From the NCBI GenBank assembly GCA_017608305.1, contig JAFCGC010000003.1, positions 1-59,906 of the forward strand: 59,906 bases of DNA, written 5' to 3'. Each line of letters starts with the position of its first letter. The first letter of the stretch is position 1. Positions 8,332 to 18,111 of the stretch are shown here, one piece after another. The DNA comes from Candidatus Pacearchaeota archaeon (lineage in GTDB: Archaea; Nanobdellota; Nanobdellia; Pacearchaeales; GW2011-AR1). The notes under the pieces were generated by a model, which was not told the DNA's origin, did no database searches, and worked only from the letters and a program-made list of their open reading frames with translations. The position numbers were made by a program, and so were the translations under genes.

Positions 8332-8994
8332 TTATTGTCCATTATCTTGTACTTTGATTAGGTCGCTCACATAATCTCCTTGCTGAAGCTTGACAATTCT
8401 CACTCCTTGAGCAGCCCTCCCCATTATCCTTATGTTCTTTAAAGAAGTCCTAATAACAATACCTTTTGCAGTTGTAATAATTATTCCATCATTTTCATTT
8501 ACAGCAACAGTATTCACAACATCTCCTGTTTTTTCAGTAACTTTAAGATTAATAACTCCTTTTCCTGCCCTCGCTGTTTTCCTATAATCCTTAACCGCAG
8601 TTCTTTTTCCATAACCTTTTTTTGTAATTGTTATAATAGCATGTGTAGCTAAAATCTCTAGACTCACAACCCTATCATCTTTATCTAATTTAATTCCAGT
8701 AACACCATAACTAGCTCTTCCCATTGAACGAACATTTTCTTCTTTAAACCTAATTGCTTTACCTTTTTTAGTGGCAAGAGAAACTTCTTGACCTTTTTTA
8801 ACCAATTCAACACCAATAAGACTATCAGAACCATCACTAGGAAGATTAATTGCCTTAACTCCAGAAGCTCTTGGTTTAGAAAAATTACTCAAAGAAATTT
8901 TCTTTACAATTCCCTTTCTAGTTGCCATAAATAAATCATCTGTAAATTGATTTACAGAAATAACATTTGTAACTTTTTCATTTTTAAGATTCAA
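8332..8994 (-). CDS. gyrA: DNA gyrase subunit A, C-terminal beta-pinwheel fragment
   Basis: Repeated blades (TRKGIVKK, TKKGKAIRF, TKKGYGKRT, TAKGIVIRT). Separated from the N-terminal ORF by a frame change at C6 9014-9019. Confidence 0.85.
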   Translation of the reverse strand: MNLKNEKVTNVISVNQFTDDLFMATRKGIVKKISLSNFSKPRASGVKAINLPSDGSDSLIGVELVKKGQEVSLATKKGKAIRFKEENVRSMGRASYGVTGIKLDKDDRVVSLEILATHAIITITKKGYGKRTAVKDYRKTARAGKGVINLKVTEKTGDVVNTVAVNENDGIIITTAKGIVIRTSLKNIRIMGRAAQGVRIVKLQQGDYVSDLIKVQDNGQ

Positions 8995-9002
8995 TAAATT
9001 AA

Positions 9003-10769
9003 TTATTGCCTTACCCCCCTTGTAGTAAAAAACATAAGATAATCATGTGTAGAACAAGTTATTAGTTGTTTTACAAAATCTCCTGTTGCCAAACCACTTC
9101 CAATAACTCCTTTTCCTCCTCTTTTTTGTTCCTTATAGGTTTTAATATCCATTCTTTTACAATAACCTTTATCTGTAATATTTATAACAACTTCTTTTTT
9201 CTGTACAAGATCCTTTTCAGAAATCTCACTTATCCGTTGCAAAACATTTGTCCTTCTTTTGTCTCCATATTTATTTTTAAGTTCATTAACTTCTTTTACA
9301 ATTATTTTTAAAACTTCTCTTACATCTCCAAGAATTTTTTCAAGCATAGTAATTTTTTCTTTCAGATCTCTTTGTTCTTTTTTTAATTTATCTTTTTCTA
9401 AAGAAGTAAGTTGTTGTAGTTTTGTTTCTAAGACAGCTTGAGCTTGTTTTCGAGTTAATTTAAATTTCTTTATCAACCCTTCTAAAGCTTCTGTTATGCC
9501 TTTAGATTTTTTAATTAAAGTTATAACACTATCAATATTTTCAAGAGCAATTAAAAGACCCTCGACAATTTCTAATCTATCTTTAGCTTTTTTCAGTTCA
9601 AATTTCGACCTATTAACAACTATTTTTTTCCTATATTTTACATACTGTTCAACAACATCTTTTAGAGTCAAAATTTTTGGTTGCCCATTAACTAAAGCCA
9701 AAAAATTCACATTAAAAAAATCCTGTAGTCTGGTGTATTTATACAAAGAATTAATAATAAACTTTGGGTTGGCCCCTCGCTTTAATTCTAAAACAATTCT
9801 AATCTTACCCTTAGAACTCTCATCACGAAGATCAGAAACATCCCTTATTCTCCTTTTCTGAATCAAATCAGCTATTTGAGTTATAAGAGTTGTTTTATTT
9901 AACATATAAGGAATTTCTGTAATTACAATTGCTTCTTTTTTCTTAATAATCTCTGAAGTTGTTCTTCCTCTAAGAGTCAATCTTCCTCTTCCTGTTTTAT
10001 ATAGCTCAAGCATATCTCCTTGAACCATTCCTCCTGTAGGAAAGTCAGGACCTTCAACAATTCCACATAGTTTTTCAATATTAATATCTGGTTTTTTAAT
10101 ATACGCAACAATTGCATCACATACTTCTGTTAAATTATGAGGAGGAATATTTGTAGCCATACCAACAGCAATTCCTGTTGCACCATTAAGCATCAAAGCA
10201 GGAAGTTTTCCAGGAAGCAATTCAGGTTCTTTCAAAGAATTATCAAAATTAGGGGCAAACTTAACAGTTTCTTTCTCAATATCTTGTAATAATTCTGTAG
10301 AAATTTGCATTAATTTAGCCTCAGTATATCTATAAGCAGCAGGAGGATCTCCATCAATCGATCCAAAATTTCCTTGTCCAAAAACAAGAGGATATCTTAA
10401 AGAAAAATTTTGTGCCATTCTTACTAAAGCGTCATAAACAGCGCTATCTCCATGGGGGTGAAACTTACCAATAACATCTCCAACAATTCTAGCGCTTTTT
10501 TTAGTCTGTGTTCCTGGTTTTAATCCCATTTGGTTCATAGCATATAAAATTCTCCTCTGCACAGGTTTAAGACCATCCTCAATTGAAGGAATAGCCCTAG
10601 AAACAATTACACTCATAGCATAATCTAAATATGCTTTTTTCATCTCGCTAGAAACTTCAGTATTAACTACTCCTTTTTCTTCTTGCTTTCGTTCGATGTC
10701 TTCAGCGGACAAGACATGAGGCTTTCCCTCAGAATCTTTTTCTTCATTTGTTTTTTTCTCTGGTGTCAT
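9003..10769 (-). CDS. gyrA: DNA gyrase subunit A, N-terminal part (breakage-reunion domain plus GyrA box)
   Basis: [18 protein letters not shown], active-site region [10 protein letters not shown], and GyrA box QKRGGKG. Ends ...FFTTRGVRQ*. Confidence 0.9.
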   Translation of the reverse strand: MTPEKKTNEEKDSEGKPHVLSAEDIERKQEEKGVVNTEVSSEMKKAYLDYAMSVIVSRAIPSIEDGLKPVQRRILYAMNQMGLKPGTQTKKSARIVGDVIGKFHPHGDSAVYDALVRMAQNFSLRYPLVFGQGNFGSIDGDPPAAYRYTEAKLMQISTELLQDIEKETVKFAPNFDNSLKEPELLPGKLPALMLNGATGIAVGMATNIPPHNLTEVCDAIVAYIKKPDINIEKLCGIVEGPDFPTGGMVQGDMLELYKTGRGRLTLRGRTTSEIIKKKEAIVITEIPYMLNKTTLITQIADLIQKRRIRDVSDLRDESSKGKIRIVLELKRGANPKFIINSLYKYTRLQDFFNVNFLALVNGQPKILTLKDVVEQYVKYRKKIVVNRSKFELKKAKDRLEIVEGLLIALENIDSVITLIKKSKGITEALEGLIKKFKLTRKQAQAVLETKLQQLTSLEKDKLKKEQRDLKEKITMLEKILGDVREVLKIIVKEVNELKNKYGDKRRTNVLQRISEISEKDLVQKKEVVINITDKGYCKRMDIKTYKEQKRGGKGVIGSGLATGDFVKQLITCSTHDYLMFFTTRGVRQ

Positions 10770-10969
10770 TTTTTCTTCCTATATCTTTTATTGTGTATTA
10801 AAATATCAAAACAGGGCTTTCCTTTTTCAGTATCTTGTCCATACTTTTCACATCTAATAGGATTAATAGTATAACAATCTGGAACACTCCTAATTTCTCG
10901 AGCATCATTACAGTCAAAACTACAATGTGTTCTTTTAATATTAATATCTAATGATTTTTTTGGAGTCAT
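10766..10969 (-). CDS. small Cys-containing protein (hypothetical)
   Basis: 67 aa. 4-nt overlaps with both neighbours inside the gyrB-gyrA operon. Confidence 0.4.
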   Translation of the reverse strand: MTPKKSLDINIKRTHCSFDCNDAREIRSVPDCYTINPIRCEKYGQDTEKGKPCFDILIHNKRYRKKK

Positions 10970-11184
10970 AATTCTCCCTCCACTTCATCATCATAATGAA
11001 TTAATAATTCATTTTCATCATCAACTTCAAAATGAACAGTTTCTTTACTTTCTTTTAATAATTGAAGTTTTGTAATGAGTTCTTCTATTTCTAAATTATC
11101 TAATGAAAATTCTAAGATTTCAACTTCTGTTTCTTCTTCAATTTCACTTTCAGAGTTTTGGTTTTCTGGATTAAATTCTTCCAT
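10966..11184 (-). CDS. small highly acidic protein (hypothetical)
   Basis: 72 aa, of which I count 27 Asp/Glu. Translationally coupled to its neighbours. Confidence 0.45.
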   Translation of the reverse strand: MEEFNPENQNSESEIEEETEVEILEFSLDNLEIEELITKLQLLKESKETVHFEVDDENELLIHYDDEVEGEL

Positions 11185-11498
11185 TATGCAACTTCCTCCC
11201 CTTTATTATCTAAATATTTCATAAATTCTTCTTCACTTAATTCTTCTTTTTCAACATCTGTTCCAACCCATTTACATTTTTCACATTTCCATTCTTTTCC
11301 TCCGCCTTGTTCTGCATCACTATTACTTAAAACAAGCCCAACATCATCACTTCCACATTTTGGACATTTTCTTATTGTAAAGCTCTTACCAGTTTTCTTA
11401 CTAGGTGAACTCTTACCTGTTGCTTTTGCATATTCTGCAGGAGATTCATAACCTTCTCTAATCCAATCTGGTGTGCTTAGCTTATTTTTTTTAGCCAT
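11184..11498 (-). CDS. zinc-ribbon protein (hypothetical)
   Basis: CPKCGSDD ... CEKCKW forms a four-Cys ribbon. Acidic C-terminal tail. Confidence 0.55.
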   Translation of the reverse strand: MAKKNKLSTPDWIREGYESPAEYAKATGKSSPSKKTGKSFTIRKCPKCGSDDVGLVLSNSDAEQGGGKEWKCEKCKWVGTDVEKEELSEEEFMKYLDNKGEEVA

Positions 11499-11499
11499 T

Positions 11500-11781
11500 T
11501 TAATATTCTCCCCCCCTCATTTTATCAAAACATGATGTGCCAAAATCAATAGACAAATAACTTAAATCTAATTCTAAATGCAAAATATCAACTGTTTTAA
11601 AAATCTTTTTTGAAAGCCCTTTAGCTTTAGCTTCTCCCTGAATCTCTTCTAATTGTTCTGCTAATCTTTCACAATTTTGTCTAAATGAACCATAATTTTC
11701 TGGAGTCATTTCAATTTTTTCTAGATTATCTATTCCATTAGAAATTACTCTTTCATATTTTGTTGTTAATATTTTTTTCAT
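11500..11781 (-). CDS. hypothetical protein
   Basis: 93-aa ORF starting 1 nt after the gyrB stop. Confidence 0.4.
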   Translation of the reverse strand: MKKILTTKYERVISNGIDNLEKIEMTPENYGSFRQNCERLAEQLEEIQGEAKAKGLSKKIFKTVDILHLELDLSYLSIDFGTSCFDKMRGGEY

Positions 11782-11782
11782 T

Positions 11783-13669
11783 TTATATATCTAACTGGGC
11801 TTCCTTTGCATTTTCTGCTATAAATTCTTTACGCCCTTGAACATCATCACCCATTAACATGCTAAAAACCCTATCTGCCTCAACAGCATCTTGAATATAA
11901 ATCTTTTTAATTTTTCTAGTTTTAGGATTCATAGTTGTATCCCATAATTGAGTAAGACTCATTTCTCCAAGACCCTTAAATCTAGTCACATTTGAAGTGC
12001 CTAACTTCTCAACTGTTTTTTTCAATTCTTCATCTGAATAAACATAATAATCTTTTCTTTTTCTAACTCTATAAAGAGGAGGCATAGCAGCATAAATATA
12101 ACCCTTTTTAATTAATTCTGGCATAAATCTAAAAAAGAATGTCAAAAGCAAAGTTTTAATGTGTTCTCCATCAACATCTGCATCTGCCATAAGAACTATT
12201 TTACCATATCTTAATTTTTCAAGATTAAACTGTTCTCCAACCCCTGTACCAATTGCAGTAATCATATTTGTTATTTCCTCACTTGAAAGTGCTTTTGCAG
12301 GATTTGCTTTTTCAACATTTAAAATCTTACCTTTTAGAGGCAAAATAGCCTGAAACTCTTTATTACGAGCCTGGCGACTCGAGCCCCCTGCACTTTCTCC
12401 TTCTACAATATAAAGTTCTGTAGTTTCTGTTTTTTTACTAGAACAATCAGATAATTTTCCAGGCAAACCGCCTAAAGAAAAAGCATTTTTTCTCCTAACT
12501 AAATCTTTAGCTTTTTTAGCAGCTAATCTTGCTTTGGCAGAATCAAGAGCTTTAGAAGTAACTCTCTTAGCAATAGAAGGATTTTCTTCAAAAAATTCTC
12601 CTAGGGCAGAAGTAACAATAGAATCAACAAAACCCTTAATCTCAGAATTTCCTAGTTTGGTTTTGGTTTGTCCTTCAAACTGAGGCTCAGAAATCTTAAT
12701 ACTTATAATTGCAGTAATTCCTTCACGAGCATCATCCCCTAAAATACTAGATCCGTTTTTTCCATTTCCTTTTTTCCTTAAATAATCATTAATAACTCTT
12801 GTTAAAGCGGTCTTAAATCCAGATATGTGAGTTCCACCTTCAACAGTGTTAATTGTATTTACAAAACCAAAAATACTTTCCCTATATCCTGAATTATATT
12901 GAATAGATACTTCAATAATAGTCCCTTTAATTTCTCTCTTAAAATAAATAGGCTTGTGCAACACCTCTTTAGATTTATTAATCCATTTGACAAATTCTAT
13001 TAAACCTCCAGAAGCAAAAAATTCTTCTTTTTTATTCTTGTTTTCATCTCTTAATTTAATTTTCAATCCTGCATTAAGAAAAGCAATCTCTCTAAATCTT
13101 GTTTCTAAAACCTGGTAATCAAAATCAAGAACAGAAAAAATCTCTGGATCAGGCCAAAAAATTGTTTTTGTTCCAGTCTCGTCTTTTCCGCACTTACCAA
13201 CAACTTTCAGTTTTGTTTTAGTCTTTCCTCTTGAATATTCTTGTGTATAAACTTTCCCCCCTGTTCTGATTTCAACAATCATTTTCTTAGACAAAGCATT
13301 AACACAAGACATTCCTACTCCGTGCAGTCCTCCTGAAATAGCATAAGATTTTTTATCAAATTTTCCCCCTGCATGAAGCTTAGTAAAGGCTATTTCCACA
13401 GCTGGTTTTTTAAACTTAGGATGAATATCTACAGGAATTCCTCTTCCATCATCTCCCACAGTCACAGAACCATCTTTATTCAAAGAAACATTAATATTTT
13501 TACAATAACCTACAAGAGCTTCATCAACTGAATTATCTACTATCTCATAAACCAAATGATGCAATCCATCTTTTCCAGTGCTTCCTATATACATAGCAGG
13601 TCTTTTCCTAACTCCTTCTAGGCCTTCCAGTACTTTGATTGATTCTGCTGTATATTCTGATTTAGCCAT
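11783..13669 (-). CDS. gyrB: DNA gyrase subunit B
   Basis: GHKL ATPase motifs (HHLVYEIVDNSVDEA, GGLHGVG), Toprim (ELYIVEGESAGGS, DADVDGEHI) and C-terminal tail. Confidence 0.95.
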   Translation of the reverse strand: MAKSEYTAESIKVLEGLEGVRKRPAMYIGSTGKDGLHHLVYEIVDNSVDEALVGYCKNINVSLNKDGSVTVGDDGRGIPVDIHPKFKKPAVEIAFTKLHAGGKFDKKSYAISGGLHGVGMSCVNALSKKMIVEIRTGGKVYTQEYSRGKTKTKLKVVGKCGKDETGTKTIFWPDPEIFSVLDFDYQVLETRFREIAFLNAGLKIKLRDENKNKKEEFFASGGLIEFVKWINKSKEVLHKPIYFKREIKGTIIEVSIQYNSGYRESIFGFVNTINTVEGGTHISGFKTALTRVINDYLRKKGNGKNGSSILGDDAREGITAIISIKISEPQFEGQTKTKLGNSEIKGFVDSIVTSALGEFFEENPSIAKRVTSKALDSAKARLAAKKAKDLVRRKNAFSLGGLPGKLSDCSSKKTETTELYIVEGESAGGSSRQARNKEFQAILPLKGKILNVEKANPAKALSSEEITNMITAIGTGVGEQFNLEKLRYGKIVLMADADVDGEHIKTLLLTFFFRFMPELIKKGYIYAAMPPLYRVRKRKDYYVYSDEELKKTVEKLGTSNVTRFKGLGEMSLTQLWDTTMNPKTRKIKKIYIQDAVEADRVFSMLMGDDVQGRKEFIAENAKEAQLDI

Positions 13670-13866
13670 TTTTCTTAATTTACCGCATTAAAGAGCATCC
13701 ACTACTCTCTAATAAAATTTTGATCATTTTTTGGTCAAAATCCGTTATTTTATGTTAAAAATAAGTAGCTTTTCTTTATAAACTTTTCTACCCCAAAAAT
13801 AGCATTTGTCGTCGGAAACAGAGGTACAAAAGTAACATTTAAAAAGCCCTAAAAATTCCCTATTTC

Positions 13867-14163
13867 ATGAAAATATCACTGATAACAATATCCACATTAA
13901 TAGTAATCTTAGCTGGCATTATAACATTTTTAATGGTTAATTTAGTCGAAGATGGAGGAATTACAGGAGCTGCAATAGTAAGTGAATATTCTTACACCAA
14001 AGCAATATGCAGTGAAGATGAGTGCCAAGATTATAAAATAGTATGTGAAGAAAATACACTAATAAGTAAAACTCCTATAACCGGCGCATCAATAAAGATT
14101 GATCAAAATTGGCAAGATCCAAGAGATCAAGAAACAATAGACAGTTTTTGTGATCTTAAGTAA
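13867..14163 (+). CDS. small signal-anchored secreted protein (hypothetical)
   Basis: N-terminal TM segment followed by four Cys. Confidence 0.4.
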   Translation: MKISLITISTLIVILAGIITFLMVNLVEDGGITGAAIVSEYSYTKAICSEDECQDYKIVCEENTLISKTPITGASIKIDQNWQDPRDQETIDSFCDLK

Positions 14164-14198
14164 GATTTTTATACTTATTTTGCATTTAAAAATAAAAG

Positions 14199-14762
14199 AT
14201 GGTGGCAAAAAATTTAGCATATATCTTAATTGCAATTATTACTGCAATATCTATTGTACTTATTTCATTAGTAGTGATAGAAAAAAGACTGCATCGAAAA
14301 GCTACTAGAAAAAAAGATACAAAAAATAAATATTATATAGAAAAACTTTCAAGAGTAAATCTTAAGGATACAGAAAGAACTCTCAAACAATTTGATAAGC
14401 TCGCAAGAAATTTCTTTAGAGAGGCTTTTAAAACCAAAGCAGGTTTAGAGTATGCTGAATTAAAAGATTATTTTGCAAAAAGACACAACAAAAAAGCTGA
14501 GCAATTTTGTGATATTATGGACAATGTACTCTACTCTGGAAGCAAAGCAACTAAAAAAGATAATCTAAAATTGTTAAATATTTTAGCTGAAATAATAGGA
14601 AGCAATAGAATCATCACTAAAAAAGAAAAAAAAGAACTAGATAAAAAAAGTGTAGTCAAAGAAAAAAAATTAAAACTCTTAAATTTTCTAAGGAATATTA
14701 AGATACCTGGTATTATTAAGAAAAAAAGTAATAACAAAAAGAATAATAGCAAAAATAATTAA
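14199..14762 (+). CDS. N-terminally anchored Lys-rich protein (hypothetical)
   Basis: TM segment then a basic, low-complexity tail. The 3' end overlaps the convergent VWA gene by 75 nt, so its true end is uncertain. Confidence 0.35.
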   Translation: MVAKNLAYILIAIITAISIVLISLVVIEKRLHRKATRKKDTKNKYYIEKLSRVNLKDTERTLKQFDKLARNFFREAFKTKAGLEYAELKDYFAKRHNKKAEQFCDIMDNVLYSGSKATKKDNLKLLNILAEIIGSNRIITKKEKKELDKKSVVKEKKLKLLNFLRNIKIPGIIKKKSNNKKNNSKNN

Positions 14763-15608
14763 ATATCCTTCTAAACTTATTGAAACTTTTTTCTCTGTTA
14801 ATTCTAAAATATCTGAAAAAGATTGTGTTAAATCTTCTTCATTTTCTACACTAAAAAAACTTCCTCCTGTATTATAGGCAATGCTTTGTAAAGAATCTTT
14901 ATCAACCTTTGAAATAGCATATGTAGCTATTCCTCCTTCTTTTGTTCCTATTGCTACAGTATGCACAAGCACATCATTTTTATTAGCATAATCAATAGCA
15001 TCATCAACTGTTCCAACATTTATTTGACCATCACTCAATAAAACAACTGCCTTACTATCCTCATTTTTTAATAGATTACTAGAAGTTATGATTGCCTCAT
15101 AAAGGTCTGTCCCTCCAAAACCACTCAATCCAATTTTGTTGATTGCAGCTTTTATATCCTCTTTTTCTTGAGCAATATCTTTTTCTACCAACGAACTTCC
15201 TGAAAAAGAAATAATTCCAATTCTTGTACCATATTTAACAACATCTACAAATTCAACGGCTTTTTGTTTTGAAAACTCTAATCGATTAGGAGAAAGATCA
15301 TCAGCACTCATACTCTGTGAAGAATCAATAGCCAAAACAAAAGAAAAAGAACTAACTTCTTTAAAAGTGTGGAGAGTCAAACCTGAAACAGCCATTATCA
15401 TCAAAAAAGCAATCACAACACTCAAAAAAAGAATCACTACATTTTTAGAAAAAAAATCAATTCCTTGGATCTTTGCTATTGCATTAAAATTAGCAAATTT
15501 AAGAGCTACTTTTTTCCTATTACTCAAAGAAAAAAAATGGATTACAAAAATAAGAGGAAGTGCAAAAAGAAAAAACAAATATTGGGAATTTGCAAATGAA
15601 AAAATCAT
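14688..15608 (-). CDS. VWA-domain membrane protein (BatA-like)
   Basis: N- and C-terminal TM segments. MIDAS motif AIDSSQSMS. Confidence 0.8.
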   Translation of the reverse strand: MIFSFANSQYLFFLFALPLIFVIHFFSLSNRKKVALKFANFNAIAKIQGIDFFSKNVVILFLSVVIAFLMIMAVSGLTLHTFKEVSSFSFVLAIDSSQSMSADDLSPNRLEFSKQKAVEFVDVVKYGTRIGIISFSGSSLVEKDIAQEKEDIKAAINKIGLSGFGGTDLYEAIITSSNLLKNEDSKAVVLLSDGQINVGTVDDAIDYANKNDVLVHTVAIGTKEGGIATYAISKVDKDSLQSIAYNTGGSFFSVENEEDLTQSFSDILELTEKKVSISLEGYLIIFAIILFVITFFLNNTRYLNIP

Positions 15609-16505
15609 CTAGATAGTATGCCTCCTTTCTTGTAAAAATAATACTAAAGGTTCTGCAAAGGGCTTATCTGTAGTCAAACCCAAATAGTCTGCTTGAGTTT
15701 TATTAAATATTTGAGCCACAAGATCTTGTTGTTCTTCTACATATTTTTCATATTCTACTTTAGCAACCTTAGGATTAACAACTACTTGTTCATTAGTAGC
15801 AGGATCTTCTAACACTACTTCTCCTTCAACATCAGGAAGAGAAATATCCAAAGGATCTCTAACCTGCACAAGGACAGTCTCAAACATACTAGATAAAAGA
15901 GTCAATCTTTTCTCAGTTTCAGGAGTTACACTCAAAAAATCTGAAACAATAAAGATAGAAGAAATAGATTTACTAAAATATTCCATTGCAAAATCTATGG
16001 CCTGATTTAAATTTGTTTGTCCACCATAATTTACAGGATTGGATAATAAATCTACAAAATAGTGAAAATGTTTTAATCCTGTCTTACAATCAACAAAATT
16101 AGAAATAGCATCACTAAAAAAGAAAAATCCAATCTTATCATTAGAACTTACAATTAAGTGTGAAAGCGCAGCAACAAGTTCAGTCACAAATTCACATTTT
16201 AGTTTGTCTGTAGATCCAAAAACCATATTACTCCCAACATCGATGATAAACATAATTCTCAAATCTCTTTCTTCTTTATACTGTTTAACTAAAAGTTTCT
16301 CAGCTCTCGCACTAGTTTTCCAATCAATATCCGCAGCATCATCATCAGGAGTAAATTTTCTAAATCCCTCAAATTCCAATCCTTTTCCCCTAAAGAGAAT
16401 TCTATAAATCTCTTTTTTTAATCTAAAAGCTTTCATCATGGCTTCTAACTCATTAATTGCTTCAGGAATATCTACATTCAACTTTGATTTTTTAATTTTT
16501 GCCAT
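15609..16505 (-). CDS. DUF58-family protein (MoxR-associated)
   Basis: GKGLEFEGFRKFTPDDDAADIDWKTSAR signature of DUF58. Adjacent to MoxR and VWA genes. Confidence 0.8.
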   Translation of the reverse strand: MAKIKKSKLNVDIPEAINELEAMMKAFRLKKEIYRILFRGKGLEFEGFRKFTPDDDAADIDWKTSARAEKLLVKQYKEERDLRIMFIIDVGSNMVFGSTDKLKCEFVTELVAALSHLIVSSNDKIGFFFFSDAISNFVDCKTGLKHFHYFVDLLSNPVNYGGQTNLNQAIDFAMEYFSKSISSIFIVSDFLSVTPETEKRLTLLSSMFETVLVQVRDPLDISLPDVEGEVVLEDPATNEQVVVNPKVAKVEYEKYVEEQQDLVAQIFNKTQADYLGLTTDKPFAEPLVLFLQERRHTI

Positions 16506-16541
16506 GTATTAACCTCTTTTTTTTAAACCAATCTATAAGAA

Positions 16542-16889
16542 TTATAATAAAGTTTCATTAATATAGTTTTCGACCTGATTTACTATATCATTATAGGATA
16601 ATGCAGAATTCTCCCAGACATTGAATATATTGTAAGAACTAGAAACCATATTTGTAAAACTTTCTTCTCCTGTAACATAATTAAATGCCCATCTTTGATT
16701 ATCTAAAAAAGAAACTTTATCAAACACACCATTACTTTGTGTTCCATTCATGTATCTAATATCAACTTCAAGATCTGTGTAAATAGTAGCAGTTGGAGTT
16801 TCATTATTTATTCCATCTTCTATTGCCTGTCTTCCTAGTGTTTCATTAGCTTCTCCACTTAAAACAACCAAAATACTTGAAGTTTTCAA
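16542..16889 (-). CDS. hypothetical protein
   Basis: 115-aa ORF with a 4-nt overlap with the MoxR gene. Confidence 0.4.
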   Translation of the reverse strand: MKTSSILVVLSGEANETLGRQAIEDGINNETPTATIYTDLEVDIRYMNGTQSNGVFDKVSFLDNQRWAFNYVTGEESFTNMVSSSYNIFNVWENSALSYNDIVNQVENYINETLL

Positions 16890-18103
16890 ATCCCAATAAG
16901 GCCTAGAATCTCGTCGATTATCTTATCAGAATCTATTTTTTCTGCCCTTGCCTTGTAATTCAAAATAATCCTATGCCTCAAAACATAATGTGCTATATCT
17001 TTCACATCTTTAGGGATAACATAATTCCTTCCTTTCATCAAAGCCCAAGCTTTAGCAGCGATAAATAAACCAATACTCGCTCTTGGAGAACCACCCCAAT
17101 CAATATATTGTCCATTCTTAAAATCTTTTTTCCTGGTTTTTTCTACAATCTTAAAAATATAATCTTTAACTTTATCATCAAGATATATATTCTTAGCAAG
17201 ACTCTGCATATGAATAATCTTTTCAGGAGAAAGTACAGCCTTTATATCATAATCTTCAAATTTTTTAAGAGTAACATTAGTATTCATAATTTTTTTCTCT
17301 TCTTCTCCTGATTTAGGGTATCCTATTAAAAGTTTAAACAAAAATCTATCAATCTGTGCTTCAGGAAGTTCATAAACTCCACTTGTCTCAAGAGGATTGT
17401 TATTTGCCATAACAAAAAATGGAAGAGGAAGTTTATGAGTTTCTTTTGCAATTGTTACTTGTTTTTCCTGCATAGCTTCAATCAAAGCAGATTGAGTTTT
17501 CGGAGGACTCCTATTAATTTCATCTGCAACAATAAAATTAGCAAATATTGGCCCTTTAAGAGTTTCAAATCCTTTTTCAGGAGTATAAGTTGTCATTCCA
17601 AGAATATCACTAGGCAATAAATCAACTGTGAACTGAATTCTCTTTGAACTTGACCCAGAGGCCTTTGCCAAAGTCTTTACAATAAGAGTTTTTGCTATAC
17701 CTGGAACCCCCTCTAATAAAACATGTCCATTACAAATCAAAGCACATATAAAAGCTTCAATAACTATTTCTTGACCAATAACTGTCTTAGCCATTTCTAC
17801 CTTTACCTTAGAAATAATATCTGCTATCTCTTTTATCTCATTAGCATCTGGAACATTTCCAAAATCTGATTTAATTATTTTTTTCTCCACTATTTCTGAT
17901 TTTGATTTTTCTAGAAATTTCTCTTTTATTTTAGGAACTCTTTCAATTCCTTCTCGAACAGTCAAGATTTCTTCTATTTCATCAGCAGTATAACCATCTC
18001 CACTAAGAAGATCTATAATCTCTTGTTTAGAATATCCTCTTTCAATTGATTCTTTTACCCATTTCTGAACTTCACCATTTTTTTCCATTTTAATATTAAA
18101 CAC
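16886..18103 (-). CDS. MoxR-like AAA+ ATPase with about 95-aa N-terminal extension
   Basis: Walker A GVPGIAKT, Walker B VADEINR, and a MoxR-type C-terminal lid. Confidence 0.9.
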   Translation of the reverse strand: MFNIKMEKNGEVQKWVKESIERGYSKQEIIDLLSGDGYTADEIEEILTVREGIERVPKIKEKFLEKSKSEIVEKKIIKSDFGNVPDANEIKEIADIISKVKVEMAKTVIGQEIVIEAFICALICNGHVLLEGVPGIAKTLIVKTLAKASGSSSKRIQFTVDLLPSDILGMTTYTPEKGFETLKGPIFANFIVADEINRSPPKTQSALIEAMQEKQVTIAKETHKLPLPFFVMANNNPLETSGVYELPEAQIDRFLFKLLIGYPKSGEEEKKIMNTNVTLKKFEDYDIKAVLSPEKIIHMQSLAKNIYLDDKVKDYIFKIVEKTRKKDFKNGQYIDWGGSPRASIGLFIAAKAWALMKGRNYVIPKDVKDIAHYVLRHRIILNYKARAEKIDSDKIIDEILGLIGI

Positions 18104-18111
18104 TTCTTACT

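Noticed and set aside
9066-9861. Antisense ORFs within gyrA (9066..9311, 9259..9441, 9496..9861). Similar cases are 12159..12353 in gyrB, 6150..6425, 14531..14752, 15367..15612, 16204..16407, 17108..17620, 20851..21054, 22316..22510, 23488..23700, 26188..26384, 26761..27037, 42432..42632, 43472..43675, 45111..45302, 53057..53278, 54959..55177, 56314..56930 and 58948..59166.
   Set aside because: Each lies opposite or out of frame to a gene with strong family motifs. They are typical Phe/Ile/Ser-rich translations of AT-rich antisense sequence.
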